DNA of 64,000 nt. It comes from Candidatus Campbellbacteria bacterium (GTDB taxonomy: Bacteria; Patescibacteriota; Minisyncoccia; Phycocordibacterales; EsbW-18). The DNA is taken from the NCBI GenBank assembly GCA_045863475.1, contig BTUR01000003.1, positions 8,647-72,646 of the forward strand, given 5' to 3'. The notes beneath the pieces are model-generated. The model had not been told where the DNA came from. It ran no database searches and was given only the letters and a program-made list of their open reading frames with translations. Shown one piece after another: positions 46,603 to 57,210 of this stretch; positions within the stretch are counted from its first letter, which is position 1, and every line of letters begins with the position of its first letter. The translations under genes were made by a program, and so were the position numbers.

Positions 46603-47544
46603 ATGAGTTTTCACAATAACGCTATTTTCTGGGTTGAAGTTGAGAAGATTGTACCGAATCCGTTTCAGCCGCGGCGTTTTTTTGATGAACAAAAGCTCAA
46701 AGAGCTTTCGGACTCCATTCGTCAGTACGGCATATTGCAGCCGCTTGTTGTAACGCGTCGAGAACGGACACGCGAAGACGGCGGATTGCGTGTTGAGTAC
46801 GAGCTCATTGCCGGAGAACGCCGACTACGCGCCGCAAAACTTGCGGGTGTCTCAATGGTGCCGGTTATTATCCGCGATGAAGAGGAGAGTGAGCAGATGA
46901 AGCTTGAGCTTGCCATCATCGAGAACCTCCAGCGCGAAGATATCAATCCGATTGAGCGTGCACGCGCGTTCCATCAGCTCGTCGATCAATTTTCACTCAC
47001 GCACGGCGATGTTGCGCGAAAAGTCGGCAAGAGCCGTGAGTACGTGTCCAACACCATTCGCTTGCTCCGGCTTACTGACGAGATGCAGCAGGCGCTTTCG
47101 GAAGGAAAGATTACGGAAGGACACACGCGACCACTCTTGATGCTTATTGATAAACCGGATGAGCAGTCGGTATTGTTCAAGGAGATTATTCTCAAGAAGC
47201 TCAACGTGCGTGACGCGGAGCAGATTTCGCGACGCATCGCCGTTGATCGTATCCGCAAGCACGATCGCGCCTACGACCCGGAGATTCTTGAGCTTGAAAA
47301 ACAGGCATCCGCACGCCTCGGTGCGCGAGTGCAAATTGAGCCGCGCGAAGTCGGCGGACGCGTGTCCATTGAATTTATGTCTGAGGAGGATTTGCGCAAA
47401 ATACTCTCAATGCTTAACACGCAGGAAGAAGAAGCCCGCATGGCGACCATGGTTGATGAAGCGCTCTCAGAAGAACCGTCAAAAGAACCATCTGAGAAAA
47501 AAAGTGACGACGATCTCTACTCAGTGACGAACTTCTCCGTCTAA
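46603..47544 (+). CDS. parB: chromosome partitioning protein ParB
   Basis: ParB box (ILQPLVV...GERRLRAAKLAG) and HTH region. Confidence 0.9.
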   Translation: MSFHNNAIFWVEVEKIVPNPFQPRRFFDEQKLKELSDSIRQYGILQPLVVTRRERTREDGGLRVEYELIAGERRLRAAKLAGVSMVPVIIRDEEESEQMKLELAIIENLQREDINPIERARAFHQLVDQFSLTHGDVARKVGKSREYVSNTIRLLRLTDEMQQALSEGKITEGHTRPLLMLIDKPDEQSVLFKEIILKKLNVRDAEQISRRIAVDRIRKHDRAYDPEILELEKQASARLGARVQIEPREVGGRVSIEFMSEEDLRKILSMLNTQEEEARMATMVDEALSEEPSKEPSEKKSDDDLYSVTNFSV

Positions 47545-49037
47545 TTTTTTTCCAGCGCAGTCCGAATCTTTTTTCGCGCAGCACCGGTCTTTACCCACTC
47601 GAGCCATTTGTGCGACGGCTTCGAGTTTTGTTTTGTCTCAATAAGCACGACGTCACCGTGCTTGAGCTTTGTGGACAGCGCGACGAATTTCCCGTTGACG
47701 CGCGCGCCGGCGGCGTGGTCGCCCAAGTCAGAGTGAATGGAGTACGCAAAATCAATCGGTGAGGCATCAGCGGGCAGGTCAACGACTTCGCCGTTGGGCG
47801 TGAAGACGAAGATGCGCGCATTGAAGAAGTCACTCTTGAGGTCGCGGATGAATGAAAGCGGGTGTGCGACGTCGCTCTGGGTTTCCGCCATGTCGCGTAT
47901 CCACGCCGCGACGGGGGAGACGCCCCCGACGCGTTTTGTTTCTCTTCCGAACATCTTCTCTACCCACCCCTCGCTTGAATCAACGCTTGTGCCGCCTTTT
48001 TCCTTGTACCCGACGTGCGAGGCGATACCGAATTCAGCGGTGCGGTGCATGGCCTCGGTTCGTATCTGAACCTCAACGAGCGCGCCATCGCCGGTGAATA
48101 TCGTCGTGTGGAGGCTCTGGTACCCGTTTTTCTTCGGTGTTGCGATGTAGTCCTTGATGCGTCCGGGAAGCGGTTTCCAGGTATTGTGAACGAGTCCGAG
48201 CGCGAGGTAGCACTCCTCAACCGTCCCGACAATGACGCGTAGCGCCGCGATGTCGTAGACGCGGTCAATGTTCATGTCCTTCTCTTGGAGTTTCTTGTAC
48301 AGGGAATAGAGGTGTTTAACACGGTAATCCATCGACGAGACGGTGATGCGGGCTTGTCCGAGCAGTTTGCTCAATGCGCGCGAAAGCGCGCGTAGCTGCC
48401 GTACGTTCTCGCGACTTTTCTCTTCGCGCAGTGCAAGGGTCGCCGTGTATTCCTCCGGCAGTGCAACTCGGAATGCAACGTCTTCAAGTTCTCCTTTGAT
48501 ATTTCCGATACCGAGCCGGTGTGCAATTGGTGCGTAAATTTCGAGCGTTTCATTGGCGATACGTTCCTGTTTTTCGCGGGGCAGGGCATCAATGGTTTTG
48601 AGATTATGGAGACGGTCGGCGAGTTTGATAAGAATGACGCGCGGATCCGCGGCAGTCGCCAAAAAAAGTTTGCGGAGCGTTTCAACGTGCCGTTTGAGTC
48701 CGCGGTATTTGAGTTTGCCGAGCTTGGTGACACCATCAACGAGAAACGCGACTTCGTCGCCGAATTCCGTGCGAATGTCTTGAATTGTCAGTTGTGTATC
48801 TTCGACGGTGTCGTGAAGAAGTCCGGCGGTAATTGTCGTTGCGTCAGCGCCAATCTTCGCGAGATTCTCCGCCGTTGCGGCTGTGTGTGAAAAATATGGC
48901 ACGCCGGATTCTCGGAGGTGACCCTCATGCGCTTTTCGCGCGTACTCGTACGCGCGCTCGATTCGCTTGCGCTCATCGGGTGAAAGTTTCTTCTGCGAAC
49001 TCTGTATGATGTGCTGTACGGATGGGACGTTTGCCAT
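47541..49037 (-). CDS. rel: bifunctional (p)ppGpp synthetase/hydrolase (short Rel/SpoT)
   Basis: HD domain (HLRESGVPYFSHTAATA...LHDTVEDT), RelA/SpoT synthetase domain, TGS domain. 498 aa. Confidence 0.85.
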   Translation of the reverse strand: MANVPSVQHIIQSSQKKLSPDERKRIERAYEYARKAHEGHLRESGVPYFSHTAATAENLAKIGADATTITAGLLHDTVEDTQLTIQDIRTEFGDEVAFLVDGVTKLGKLKYRGLKRHVETLRKLFLATAADPRVILIKLADRLHNLKTIDALPREKQERIANETLEIYAPIAHRLGIGNIKGELEDVAFRVALPEEYTATLALREEKSRENVRQLRALSRALSKLLGQARITVSSMDYRVKHLYSLYKKLQEKDMNIDRVYDIAALRVIVGTVEECYLALGLVHNTWKPLPGRIKDYIATPKKNGYQSLHTTIFTGDGALVEVQIRTEAMHRTAEFGIASHVGYKEKGGTSVDSSEGWVEKMFGRETKRVGGVSPVAAWIRDMAETQSDVAHPLSFIRDLKSDFFNARIFVFTPNGEVVDLPADASPIDFAYSIHSDLGDHAAGARVNGKFVALSTKLKHGDVVLIETKQNSKPSHKWLEWVKTGAARKKIRTALEKN

Positions 49038-49091
49038 GGTGGGCGGGTTTCGCGTACGTCAATAGTAGTACATGCATGCCAGGCGGCATGA

Positions 49092-49610
49092 TTGACAAAA
49101 CTTCTAAAATTCGTACAGTCAGGGCAGACATCGGTTCAAAAACCAACCTCGGGAAAGGGGATAGCGGTGAAAATCGACGTGGAGGGGATGCAGCGTGCGT
49201 TTCAGGCGGTTAGTGCACACCCGTTTTACTTCGGATCACTCAATCCTCCAGACGAACACATCGAGGACATTCAGGATCCGTTCGTGCTCACGAGGCTTCT
49301 CGAAGAAACCCGGGAGCTTCAAACCAGGAATCTCATTCTTACCACGCTTCGTGTGCGGGTAGAGGCGTTTCTCAACAGGAAGCCCGGCCTCCGTGAGTGT
49401 CTCGACTGGTACTGCATCCTCCCGGAGAACAGCGAAGCAGAGAGACTGGTTGCTTTCCACATCGTGAAGCTGCTGCGGGAAAAGGTTGCGGAGTCTTCGG
49501 ACTTCAAGTCGGTGTACGCGGTGTTTTCGGAGGAATCCACGGACCTGAAGTTCTTTCACGAGACGCTCATGCGTCTCATCGGGGAGAAATTTTTCCCGAA
49601 GAAGGGTTGA
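49092..49610 (+). CDS. hypothetical protein
   Basis: 172-aa ORF with a non-ATG start in the ORF track. No motif recognised. Start uncertain. Confidence 0.3.
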   Translation: MTKLLKFVQSGQTSVQKPTSGKGIAVKIDVEGMQRAFQAVSAHPFYFGSLNPPDEHIEDIQDPFVLTRLLEETRELQTRNLILTTLRVRVEAFLNRKPGLRECLDWYCILPENSEAERLVAFHIVKLLREKVAESSDFKSVYAVFSEESTDLKFFHETLMRLIGEKFFPKKG

Positions 49611-49661
49611 CCGCTTTCGGCGGTAAGGGCCCCAGACACGGAGTGTCTGGGGCCTCGTCTT

Positions 49662-51857
49662 TTATTTTTTCTTTTTTGCTTTTGCCTTGCGTGCGAATCC
49701 GCGGCGCTTTTTCGGCTCCTTCAGAATTTCCAGGGCGCGTTCCAGAGTAATTGCGTATACATCGTCGGTTTTGAGCGACCGGAAATCACCGTCGTGTCCG
49801 ATGTACGGACCAAAACGTCCTACGTTGGCGATGATTTCTTTTCCGGTGTCGGGGTGATTGCCGAGCGCCCTTGGGAGCGAGAGGTAGTGGAGCGCGTCTT
49901 CTACCGTCACGGTCGCGGGGTCTTTTTCTTTCGGGATGGAGGCACGCCGCGGTTTTTTATTCTTCGGGGTTTTTAGTCCGAGCTGTACGTACGGGCCGTA
50001 GGGTCCGTCGAGCACGAAAATAGGTTCATTCGTCTCCGGGTGAAAACCGATTTCCTCGGGGTCGGTCACCTCTTTTCCTTCCTGCGTGCGCGCGCCGTCG
50101 CACTCGGGGAATTTCGAGCAGCTCATGAACGTGCCGCGGCGTGAGAGCTTCATAACCATACTGCTTCCACACTTGGGGCACGGAAACTCCGCGGGTGCAT
50201 CGCCGAGGTCGGTGATTTTCTTCGCGTCTTTTGATTTCTTGGCGACGTCTTTGAGGAATGGCGTGTAGAAATCACGGAGTGTTTTTTCATATTCGCGTTC
50301 GCCGCGCGCGATTTCGTCGAGCTCGTCCTCCATCTCCGAGGTGAATGAGTCCGAAATATAGTCGGCAAAGTTTTGCTCCAAAAATGTTGAGACAACATCA
50401 CCGGTTGCAGTCGGCGTGAGTGTCCGGTTTTCCCGCGTCACGTATCCGCGGTCTTCAAGTGTCTTGATGATAGAGGCGTATGTCGACGGGCGTCCGATGC
50501 CGCGCTTCTCAAGTTCTTTGATGAGACCTGCTTCGGAGTAACGTCCTGGCGGCTGCGTCTGCTTTGCTTCTGCATCAAGCGAAGTGAGTGAGAGCGGGTC
50601 GCTTTTTGCAAGCGCGGGAATCTCAACATCTTCACCGCGTGATCGCGGGTCTGCCGCAAGCCATCCAGGGAAAATGACGCGTGAACCGGTTACTGAAAAC
50701 GGAGGAACGGTTTTTGCGTCCGTTGCGGCAGTCACTTTCGTCTGAATAAGTTTTGCGGGTGACATCTGCGAAGAAACCGTTCGCTGCCAGATGAGTTCAT
50801 AGAGTCGTTTTTCGTCATCGGTATTTCCAGCGGTTCTTTTGCCGGCGTTTGTCGGGCGGATGGCTTCGTGGGCTTCTTGTGCGTTTTTACTCTTGCTCTT
50901 GTAGAACGTTGGGGAGGCGTACTCTGCGCCGAAATCCTGATGGATAATCGCGAGAATTTGTTTCTGCGCGACGGAAGCGAGGTTTGTTGAGTCGGTGCGC
51001 ATGTACGTGATGTGCCCCTTCTCGTAGAGTTTCTGCGCCGCGCGCATCGTGCGTGACGGTGAGAAGCCGAGGCGCGTGCTTGCTGACTGCTGAATAGTCG
51101 ATGTGGTGAACGGCGGTCGCGCGCGGCGTGATACCTCTGTTTCTTTTATGTCCGCAACGGACCATGACGCCGCGTTGCCGGCAGCAAGAATTTCATCAAC
51201 GCGTTTTTGATCACGCGGTTCCTCTTCGCACGTGAGCGTCAGCGCGTCTTTTTTCGCCGTTTTCACCTGTGCGGTAAGCACCCAGAAATCCTCCGGTATA
51301 AATTCGCGTATCTGTCGTTCGCGCTCCATCAAAATACGCAGGGCGGGGGACTGCACGCGTCCGGCGGAGAGCCCGTAACGAACTTTTTTCCAAATGAGAC
51401 CCGAGAGGTCGTAGCCGACGAGCCGGTCAAGAACGCGCCGCGCTTCCTGCGCGGCCTTCAGGTGCAAATCGATGTCGCGCGGATGTTTGATGGCTTCGGT
51501 GACGGCACCCTCGGTAATCTCGTGAAATACGACGCGCTTCGGTTTGCGTCTGCCTTTTGAAAGCCCCAGTGCCTCGGCGAGGTGCCACGCGATTGCTTCA
51601 CCTTCTCGGTCGGGGTCGGTTGCGAGCAATACCTCGTCTGCTTTTTCCGCGGCAGCTTTCAACTCAGCGATAACTTTTTTCTTCTCCGGAACGATTTGAT
51701 AGTTGGGAATGAAACCGCCGTCGATATCAATCGCGTTCTTGTTGCTCTTCGGCAAATCACGGACGTGACCGACGGAAGCGAGCACGGTAAAATCACCGCC
51801 GAGATATTTCTCGATGGTCTTTGCTTTTGCCGGTGATTCAACAATAACGAGTTTCAT
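49662..51857 (-). CDS. topA: DNA topoisomerase I
   Basis: TOPRIM start MKLVIVESPAKAKTIEKYLG, active-site Tyr region, C-terminal Zn ribbons (CPKCGSSM), Lys-rich tail. Confidence 0.9.
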   Translation of the reverse strand: MKLVIVESPAKAKTIEKYLGGDFTVLASVGHVRDLPKSNKNAIDIDGGFIPNYQIVPEKKKVIAELKAAAEKADEVLLATDPDREGEAIAWHLAEALGLSKGRRKPKRVVFHEITEGAVTEAIKHPRDIDLHLKAAQEARRVLDRLVGYDLSGLIWKKVRYGLSAGRVQSPALRILMERERQIREFIPEDFWVLTAQVKTAKKDALTLTCEEEPRDQKRVDEILAAGNAASWSVADIKETEVSRRARPPFTTSTIQQSASTRLGFSPSRTMRAAQKLYEKGHITYMRTDSTNLASVAQKQILAIIHQDFGAEYASPTFYKSKSKNAQEAHEAIRPTNAGKRTAGNTDDEKRLYELIWQRTVSSQMSPAKLIQTKVTAATDAKTVPPFSVTGSRVIFPGWLAADPRSRGEDVEIPALAKSDPLSLTSLDAEAKQTQPPGRYSEAGLIKELEKRGIGRPSTYASIIKTLEDRGYVTRENRTLTPTATGDVVSTFLEQNFADYISDSFTSEMEDELDEIARGEREYEKTLRDFYTPFLKDVAKKSKDAKKITDLGDAPAEFPCPKCGSSMVMKLSRRGTFMSCSKFPECDGARTQEGKEVTDPEEIGFHPETNEPIFVLDGPYGPYVQLGLKTPKNKKPRRASIPKEKDPATVTVEDALHYLSLPRALGNHPDTGKEIIANVGRFGPYIGHDGDFRSLKTDDVYAITLERALEILKEPKKRRGFARKAKAKKKK

Positions 51858-51918
51858 GCGTGACTCCAGTAGTACCACGATGTTGTGCAACAACGCAAAT
51901 CGCGTACGGTGCGAGATA

Positions 51919-52782
51919 CTACACGCATCGTTCAATTTTGCCAAGTCGAACCGAAATAACTCTCTTCAATTCAAGCATTGAGACGAGCATGTTGATGTGC
52001 GAAACCGGTATGCCGATCTCGCTTGAGAGTTCGTCTGCCGTCTTCGGAGAGGAGAGGGCTTCGAGAATCACGCGCTCATCCGGAGAGACGTTTGCGGGCA
52101 GTACCGGCATGTCGTGTGCAGTTTCAATATGCAATGCTTGCAGTACGTCTGCACCACACGTAACGGCTTGGCCGCCTTCTCGCAGGAGACGGTTGGAGCC
52201 CGTACCGTTGGGTGAGGTTATGGGGCCGGGGACGATGAGCACGTCGCGGTTGTATTCCAGCGCGAGCCGTGCGGTGATGAGCGTTCCGGATTTCTCGTGC
52301 GCCTCAATAATAAGTGTTGCGTGGCACAATCCCGCCATGATGCGATTGCGTTTCGGGAAACTCCATACGGTTGCTTCATCCTGCGGTGCGCACTCAGATA
52401 GAAGTGCGCCGCCTTCCTCCAGAATTTTTCGCGCGAGTCCCACGTGCGCGCGCGGGTACAGCGCGGTGTCATCTATGCCTGAGCCGGGTACCGCGACGGT
52501 GACAAGTCCGGAGTTGAGTGCTGCTTGGTGTGCCACGGCATCAATACCGAGTGCGAGGCCTGAAACGATGACCACGGGATAGCCAGCGAGCTCCTGTATG
52601 AGTTTCCGGCAGGCAGAGGCGCCGTACGACGAGAATTTTCGCGAACCGACCACACACAGCCACACGAGGGTATCGTCCGGGAGCGTCCCGCGCACAAAGA
52701 GTTTTTGGGGCGGATCCGGTATCTCGCGCAGTAGCGCGGGGAAGTCGGGATGGTAGAGCTCGGTTAGGGGTTTTTCGGCCAT
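51919..52782 (-). CDS. dprA: DNA processing protein DprA (Smf)
   Basis: Rossmann-fold region LCVVGSRKFSSYG...VVIVSGLALGIDAVAHQAAL. Lies upstream of topA on the same strand. Confidence 0.85.
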   Translation of the reverse strand: MAEKPLTELYHPDFPALLREIPDPPQKLFVRGTLPDDTLVWLCVVGSRKFSSYGASACRKLIQELAGYPVVIVSGLALGIDAVAHQAALNSGLVTVAVPGSGIDDTALYPRAHVGLARKILEEGGALLSECAPQDEATVWSFPKRNRIMAGLCHATLIIEAHEKSGTLITARLALEYNRDVLIVPGPITSPNGTGSNRLLREGGQAVTCGADVLQALHIETAHDMPVLPANVSPDERVILEALSSPKTADELSSEIGIPVSHINMLVSMLELKRVISVRLGKIERCV

Positions 52783-52900
52783 AGAAAAACCCTGCCATAG
52801 GGTATATAAAGAATGTATAAATAAGGTATACCCCATGAGATACAAACTGTAGGTATTGCACGTGCTTAAAAATAGCTATCTCATGGGGTATAGTAGAGCC

Positions 52901-54172
52901 ATGCTTGATATCAATTTCATCAGAGAAAACAAGGACGTCGTCATTGCGGGTGCAAAAAAGAAGCATGTTGACGTCGATATTGAAGCGCTCCTCGCACTTG
53001 ATGATAAACGCCGTGAACTCATGGGCGTTGTTGAAGGCATGCGTGCACAGCAAAACGCGGTAAGCGAGAAAATGCCCAATGCCAGTGCAGACGAACGTGC
53101 GGCACTCATTGCGGAGATGAAGGATGTGAAGGAGACACTGCAGCAAAAAGAAGACGAACTTAAGAAAGTTGTTGAGGAGTGGAAGACGCTCATGCTCCGT
53201 GTGCCGAATGTTCCCGACATCTCCGTTCCGGAAGGCGACAGTGACGCGGACAACCAAGAGGTAAAAGCGTGGGGTGAGAAACCGAAGTTTGATTTTGAGC
53301 CGAAAAACCACATCGAGATTATGGAGAATCTCGACATGGTCGACCTTGAGCGTGGTGCGAAGGTTCACGGATTCCGCGGCTACTTCCTCAAAAACGACGG
53401 CGCGCGATTGTCCTTTGCGATTTGGAACTACGCGCTGGATTTTTTCATGAAGAAAGGTTTTCAGTTCATCATTGCGCCGGCCATCGTTAAAAAACAACTG
53501 CTCTACGGCACAGGACATCTTCCCAACGATGTTGAGGATATTTTCCGAACGCAGGATGACGATTACCTCGCAGGTACTGCGGAGATTCCTATCATGGGGT
53601 ATCACAGTGATGAGGTGCTTGATGTAAAGGAGTTGCCGAAAAAATATCTTGCGTTCTCACCGTGCTATCGACGAGAAGTCGGCTCATACAGCAAAGACGT
53701 GAAGGGGCTTATTCGTGTGCACGAATTTTACAAATTTGAACAGGTCATCATCTGCGAAGCAAATCACGAAGAGTCAGTGAAATGGCACGAGTGGCTCTCA
53801 AGAAACGCGGAAGAATTTATTGAGAGTTTGGGTATCCCGTATCGCACCGTCGCCAACTGCGGCGCGGATCTAGGACTCGGACAGGTGAAAAAATATGATG
53901 TTGAGTTGTGGGTGCCGATGGAGCAGAAGTACCGCGAGATTGGTTCCGCGTCCTACTTCCATGACTTTCAGTGCCGACGATTCAATATTAAGTACACGGA
54001 CGAGAATGGTGAGCGCCGATTCGCACACTCGCTGAATGACACTGCAATCCCCACGCCGCGCATTCTTGTTTCACTTGTGGAAAACTATCAGAACGCAGAC
54101 GGCTCAGTAACAATCCCCGAAGCGTTGCGCCCGTACATGGGTGGTCAAGAAAGGATAGAGAAGCAAGTCTAA
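52901..54172 (+). CDS. serS: seryl-tRNA synthetase
   Basis: N-terminal coiled coil, class II motifs (FRGYFLKNDG, GLIRVHEF, GSASYFHDFQCRR). Confidence 0.9.
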   Translation: MLDINFIRENKDVVIAGAKKKHVDVDIEALLALDDKRRELMGVVEGMRAQQNAVSEKMPNASADERAALIAEMKDVKETLQQKEDELKKVVEEWKTLMLRVPNVPDISVPEGDSDADNQEVKAWGEKPKFDFEPKNHIEIMENLDMVDLERGAKVHGFRGYFLKNDGARLSFAIWNYALDFFMKKGFQFIIAPAIVKKQLLYGTGHLPNDVEDIFRTQDDDYLAGTAEIPIMGYHSDEVLDVKELPKKYLAFSPCYRREVGSYSKDVKGLIRVHEFYKFEQVIICEANHEESVKWHEWLSRNAEEFIESLGIPYRTVANCGADLGLGQVKKYDVELWVPMEQKYREIGSASYFHDFQCRRFNIKYTDENGERRFAHSLNDTAIPTPRILVSLVENYQNADGSVTIPEALRPYMGGQERIEKQV

Positions 54173-54178
54173 CGCGTC

Positions 54179-54997
54179 ATGTTTCGAAAGTTCACATCTG
54201 AACGCGTGCGCCGTGTGCGCCGTCGCCGTCTCGCCATTTTCTCCGTCATCTACGGCCTACTGACACTCTCGGTATTTCTTGTGCTCTGGCAACTCTCCCT
54301 TGCACCGTTTTGGCGCATCGATGTGCTTGAAATTTCCGGAACGCGGGCGATACCGCATCAAGATATTTTTGATTTCGTCACCGAGCGTCTTTACGGGGGA
54401 TACGGCGGCGTATTTTCAAAACGCAACGCGCTTATTGCACCGCGCGCATCGATACAGAATGGGCTTGTACGTGAATTTCCGCGCATACGAAAAGTTGACG
54501 TGGACGCAAAAGATTTCCACACGCTTGAAATAGAAATCACGGAGCATGAACCGGAGGCGCTGGTGTGTAATACGGGTTCATCGACGTGCTATTTCGTAAA
54601 TGAAGAGGGGTACGTGTTTGATGAGGCGCCGAGATTTTTGGGCGATTCGTACGTCACGTATTCGGCGCATCTCGTCGATGATCCTCTGGGAAAATGGTTT
54701 CTTGCGCACACGGGTGGATTTGCGCAGTTGCACGCCTTTGTGGAATCACTTGAGCGGCTTTCGTTGTTTCCGCGCACGGTTGTTGTTGCGGAGAGCTCGT
54801 TTACGGTTTCCGCACGCGTGCGCTTTCAAGATATACAGCTCTTGTTCAGTCGCTCTCTGCCGTACGACGAGTCGTTCTTGAACTTAGAGGCGATACTGCG
54901 CGAAGAAGATTTTTCCGTGGAATCAGTCGCAAGTATTGATTTACGATTCGGCAACAAAGTATTTTTCAAACCGCGTGCAGAGGTCGGCGGGGAGTAG
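54179..54997 (+). CDS. FtsQ/DivIB-like POTRA-domain cell-division protein
   Basis: Basic N-terminus, single TM helix, POTRA region WRIDVLEISGTRAIPHQDI. Confidence 0.55.
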   Translation: MFRKFTSERVRRVRRRRLAIFSVIYGLLTLSVFLVLWQLSLAPFWRIDVLEISGTRAIPHQDIFDFVTERLYGGYGGVFSKRNALIAPRASIQNGLVREFPRIRKVDVDAKDFHTLEIEITEHEPEALVCNTGSSTCYFVNEEGYVFDEAPRFLGDSYVTYSAHLVDDPLGKWFLAHTGGFAQLHAFVESLERLSLFPRTVVVAESSFTVSARVRFQDIQLLFSRSLPYDESFLNLEAILREEDFSVESVASIDLRFGNKVFFKPRAEVGGE

Positions 54998-55056
54998 TTG
55001 GAATAGAAAAAGGGCCCTGTCTCTGGACGGGGCCCTCGCGGTGCGGGGAAGGTACA

Positions 55057-55257
55057 TCAGGAGGTGCCGAGACTGTGCTCCGGCCAGCCTCCTGGGAGAC
55101 TGTCTGCGAGCCGGCGCCGCTGTTCCTCCTGCTCGAGTTGTCGCGAGAGCGTCATCATGGACTCACCGCCTTCAATCGGCGCTTCGAGTCGCACGGTCTG
55201 TGTCGGTTGTTCCGGAATTGGCTCCCGGGGCTTCGGCTTGATTTGAGCCTTTTTCAT
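55057..55257 (-). CDS. hypothetical small protein
   Basis: 66 aa with a strong SD (AAAAGGAGGAACCACCTG ATG). Confidence 0.35.
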   Translation of the reverse strand: MKKAQIKPKPREPIPEQPTQTVRLEAPIEGGESMMTLSRQLEQEEQRRRLADSLPGGWPEHSLGTS

Positions 55258-55472
55258 CAGGTGGTTCCTCCTTTTAAAATCTTATCGGATACTACTCCTT
55301 ATGGTGTGTCGTCGCAAGCAAACAGACGGGAAATAAAAAAGCGGCCGCAAGGAGCGACCGCTTCGGTGTCTCGGAAGACGTCGTCTACTCGTCGTAGAAA
55401 GGCGCCGCGGATCCGTAGAGGCGGTGGCTCCAGAGGTTGCTACCGTCTCGTTCATGTGGAGTGCGTTTCCAG

Positions 55473-55772
55473 TCAAGACGTCTTTTCCGGGAGCGCCTCT
55501 TCTTGCGCCGCGCGTGTATATGTCCATCGCGTGCGGAGACCGTAGGCGAATTTCTCGTCGGTACTTTCGGCTCCATGCCACCCTCTCTTTGGAATGGGAA
55601 GTGACTCGATTGCGACATTTACGCCTTTTTCCGGAAGGCATCCGTTTGGTACCACGGTGTAGGTTTTACATTCAATACAGAAGCTTCCGGCGGGGACCCC
55701 TCCTGGGTAGAACGTATTGCAGGTGATGCAAACACTGTCGAGCGGTTCCAGGTCATTCTGGCGATGGAGCAT
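55473..55772 (-). CDS. hypothetical Cys-rich (putative zinc-ribbon) protein
   Basis: SD GGGAGG before the ATG. The motif is CITCNTFYPGGVPAGSFCIECKTYTVVPNGC. Confidence 0.3.
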   Translation of the reverse strand: MLHRQNDLEPLDSVCITCNTFYPGGVPAGSFCIECKTYTVVPNGCLPEKGVNVAIESLPIPKRGWHGAESTDEKFAYGLRTRWTYTRAAQEEALPEKTS

Positions 55773-55825
55773 GATACCTCCCATGACGCTTTGTCTGGTC
55801 CGTAGTATAGTACGCACAAACCTCC

Positions 55826-56773
55826 ATGTCATTCTGGAAAAAACTTAAAAAACCATTCTTCTGCCTCGCACCCATGGCCGATGTTACGGACCCGGCATAC
55901 CGCCGGCTTATCGCGAAGTACGGAGCTCTCGATGTCTTATGGACGGAGTTTGTGTCTGCCGACGGACTGTTTCGTGGCGGATTTGACGCGCTCTCAAAGG
56001 ATTTACAGTTTTCTCGCGAGGAGCGCCCGATCGTTGCTCAATTTTTTACCGCGCATCCGGAATATGTGGAAAAAGCGGCAGCGCTTGCGCGTGATATGAA
56101 ATTCGACGGCATAGATATCAACATGGGATGCCCGGATCGAGCGGTCATCAAGCAGGGAGCAGGTGCGGCGCTTATCGGCAACGCACAACTCGCACAAGAA
56201 CTCATCGAAGCGGCGAAGCGCGGCGCAGGGGAGTTGCCGGTATCGGTAAAGACGCGCATTGGGGACACAAAAAATGAACTCGCAACATGGCTGCCCGCGC
56301 TTCTTGCAACGAAGGTTGCTGCAATCACCATTCACGCGCGCACGAGAAAAGAGATGTCGAAGGTTCCTGCACGTTGGGACACAATTGCCGAGGCGGTTGC
56401 CATTCGCGATGCATTTGAAAAGGGAAGCGACCACCACACGCTTATCATCGGCAACGGTGACGTACAAGATTTTGATGATGCGCGCGAAAAAGCGAGAGCT
56501 AGCGGCTGTGACGGTGTTATGCTCGGTCGCGCGGTTTTCGGCAATCCGTGGCTGGGAAATCCACGGCCCGAAGCGCTCTTTGAGCGACTCTCGGTGCTCG
56601 CCGAGCACGTACGGCTTTTTGACGAGCTTCTGCCGCACAAATCCTTTGCTATCATGAAAAAGCACTTCAAATCCTACCTTCACGGCGATGGCTACGACAA
56701 AAAACTCTTGCTTGCCCTCATGGATACCAAGACTGCGGAAGAAGCCCTCTCTGTTCTTAAAAAAGGGGGCTAA
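55826..56773 (+). CDS. dus: tRNA-dihydrouridine synthase
   Basis: CLAPMADVTDPAYRRL, a TIM-barrel FMN site, catalytic Cys (INMGCP). Confidence 0.85.
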   Translation: MSFWKKLKKPFFCLAPMADVTDPAYRRLIAKYGALDVLWTEFVSADGLFRGGFDALSKDLQFSREERPIVAQFFTAHPEYVEKAAALARDMKFDGIDINMGCPDRAVIKQGAGAALIGNAQLAQELIEAAKRGAGELPVSVKTRIGDTKNELATWLPALLATKVAAITIHARTRKEMSKVPARWDTIAEAVAIRDAFEKGSDHHTLIIGNGDVQDFDDAREKARASGCDGVMLGRAVFGNPWLGNPRPEALFERLSVLAEHVRLFDELLPHKSFAIMKKHFKSYLHGDGYDKKLLLALMDTKTAEEALSVLKKGG

Positions 56774-57210
56774 AGGGTAGGTACTTGACAAATATTTTGT
56801 GCCTGCTATGATTGTCGCAGGTAAAGGGTTGGGGAGGAGACGCTTAGGAGGCCCTACTCCAGGGTTAGCCTGAGTGGCCCCATCTAATAACTCCAGGCAT
56901 ACGCCTGTTCAGCTTCATTCCGAGTGTAGGTCGCGCAAGTGGCCGAACAACGAGGCGCTGACGGGGCGCCTACAAGGGAAGCGGTGCTTCCCGGAGACTC
57001 GGACCCACGTTCTTCGGAAGCGATTCGCGCCGCGCGGACCGCCTTCACAACAATCACCGGCGCTTCTCGCGCCACGACCATGAAAGGAGCTACAGTGCGG
57101 ACACGAGTCTCACTGGCTCCGCCTCCGGGCGCAAGTCCGTAGGGCGAGGGTCCTCTCTGCGATTCGCGGGGAGGGCCTTTTCTTTTTGTCTTTGTTACAA
57201 TACCCGTTGT

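Noticed and set aside
56774-57210. Calling this region outright as SRP RNA, RNase P RNA or tmRNA
   Set aside because: I could not find the diagnostic motifs by eye (SRP domain IV AGGAAGCAGCC, RNase P GGAAAGUCCGGGCU, tmRNA tag ORF or tRNA-like 3' end). It is kept only as a candidate ncRNA.
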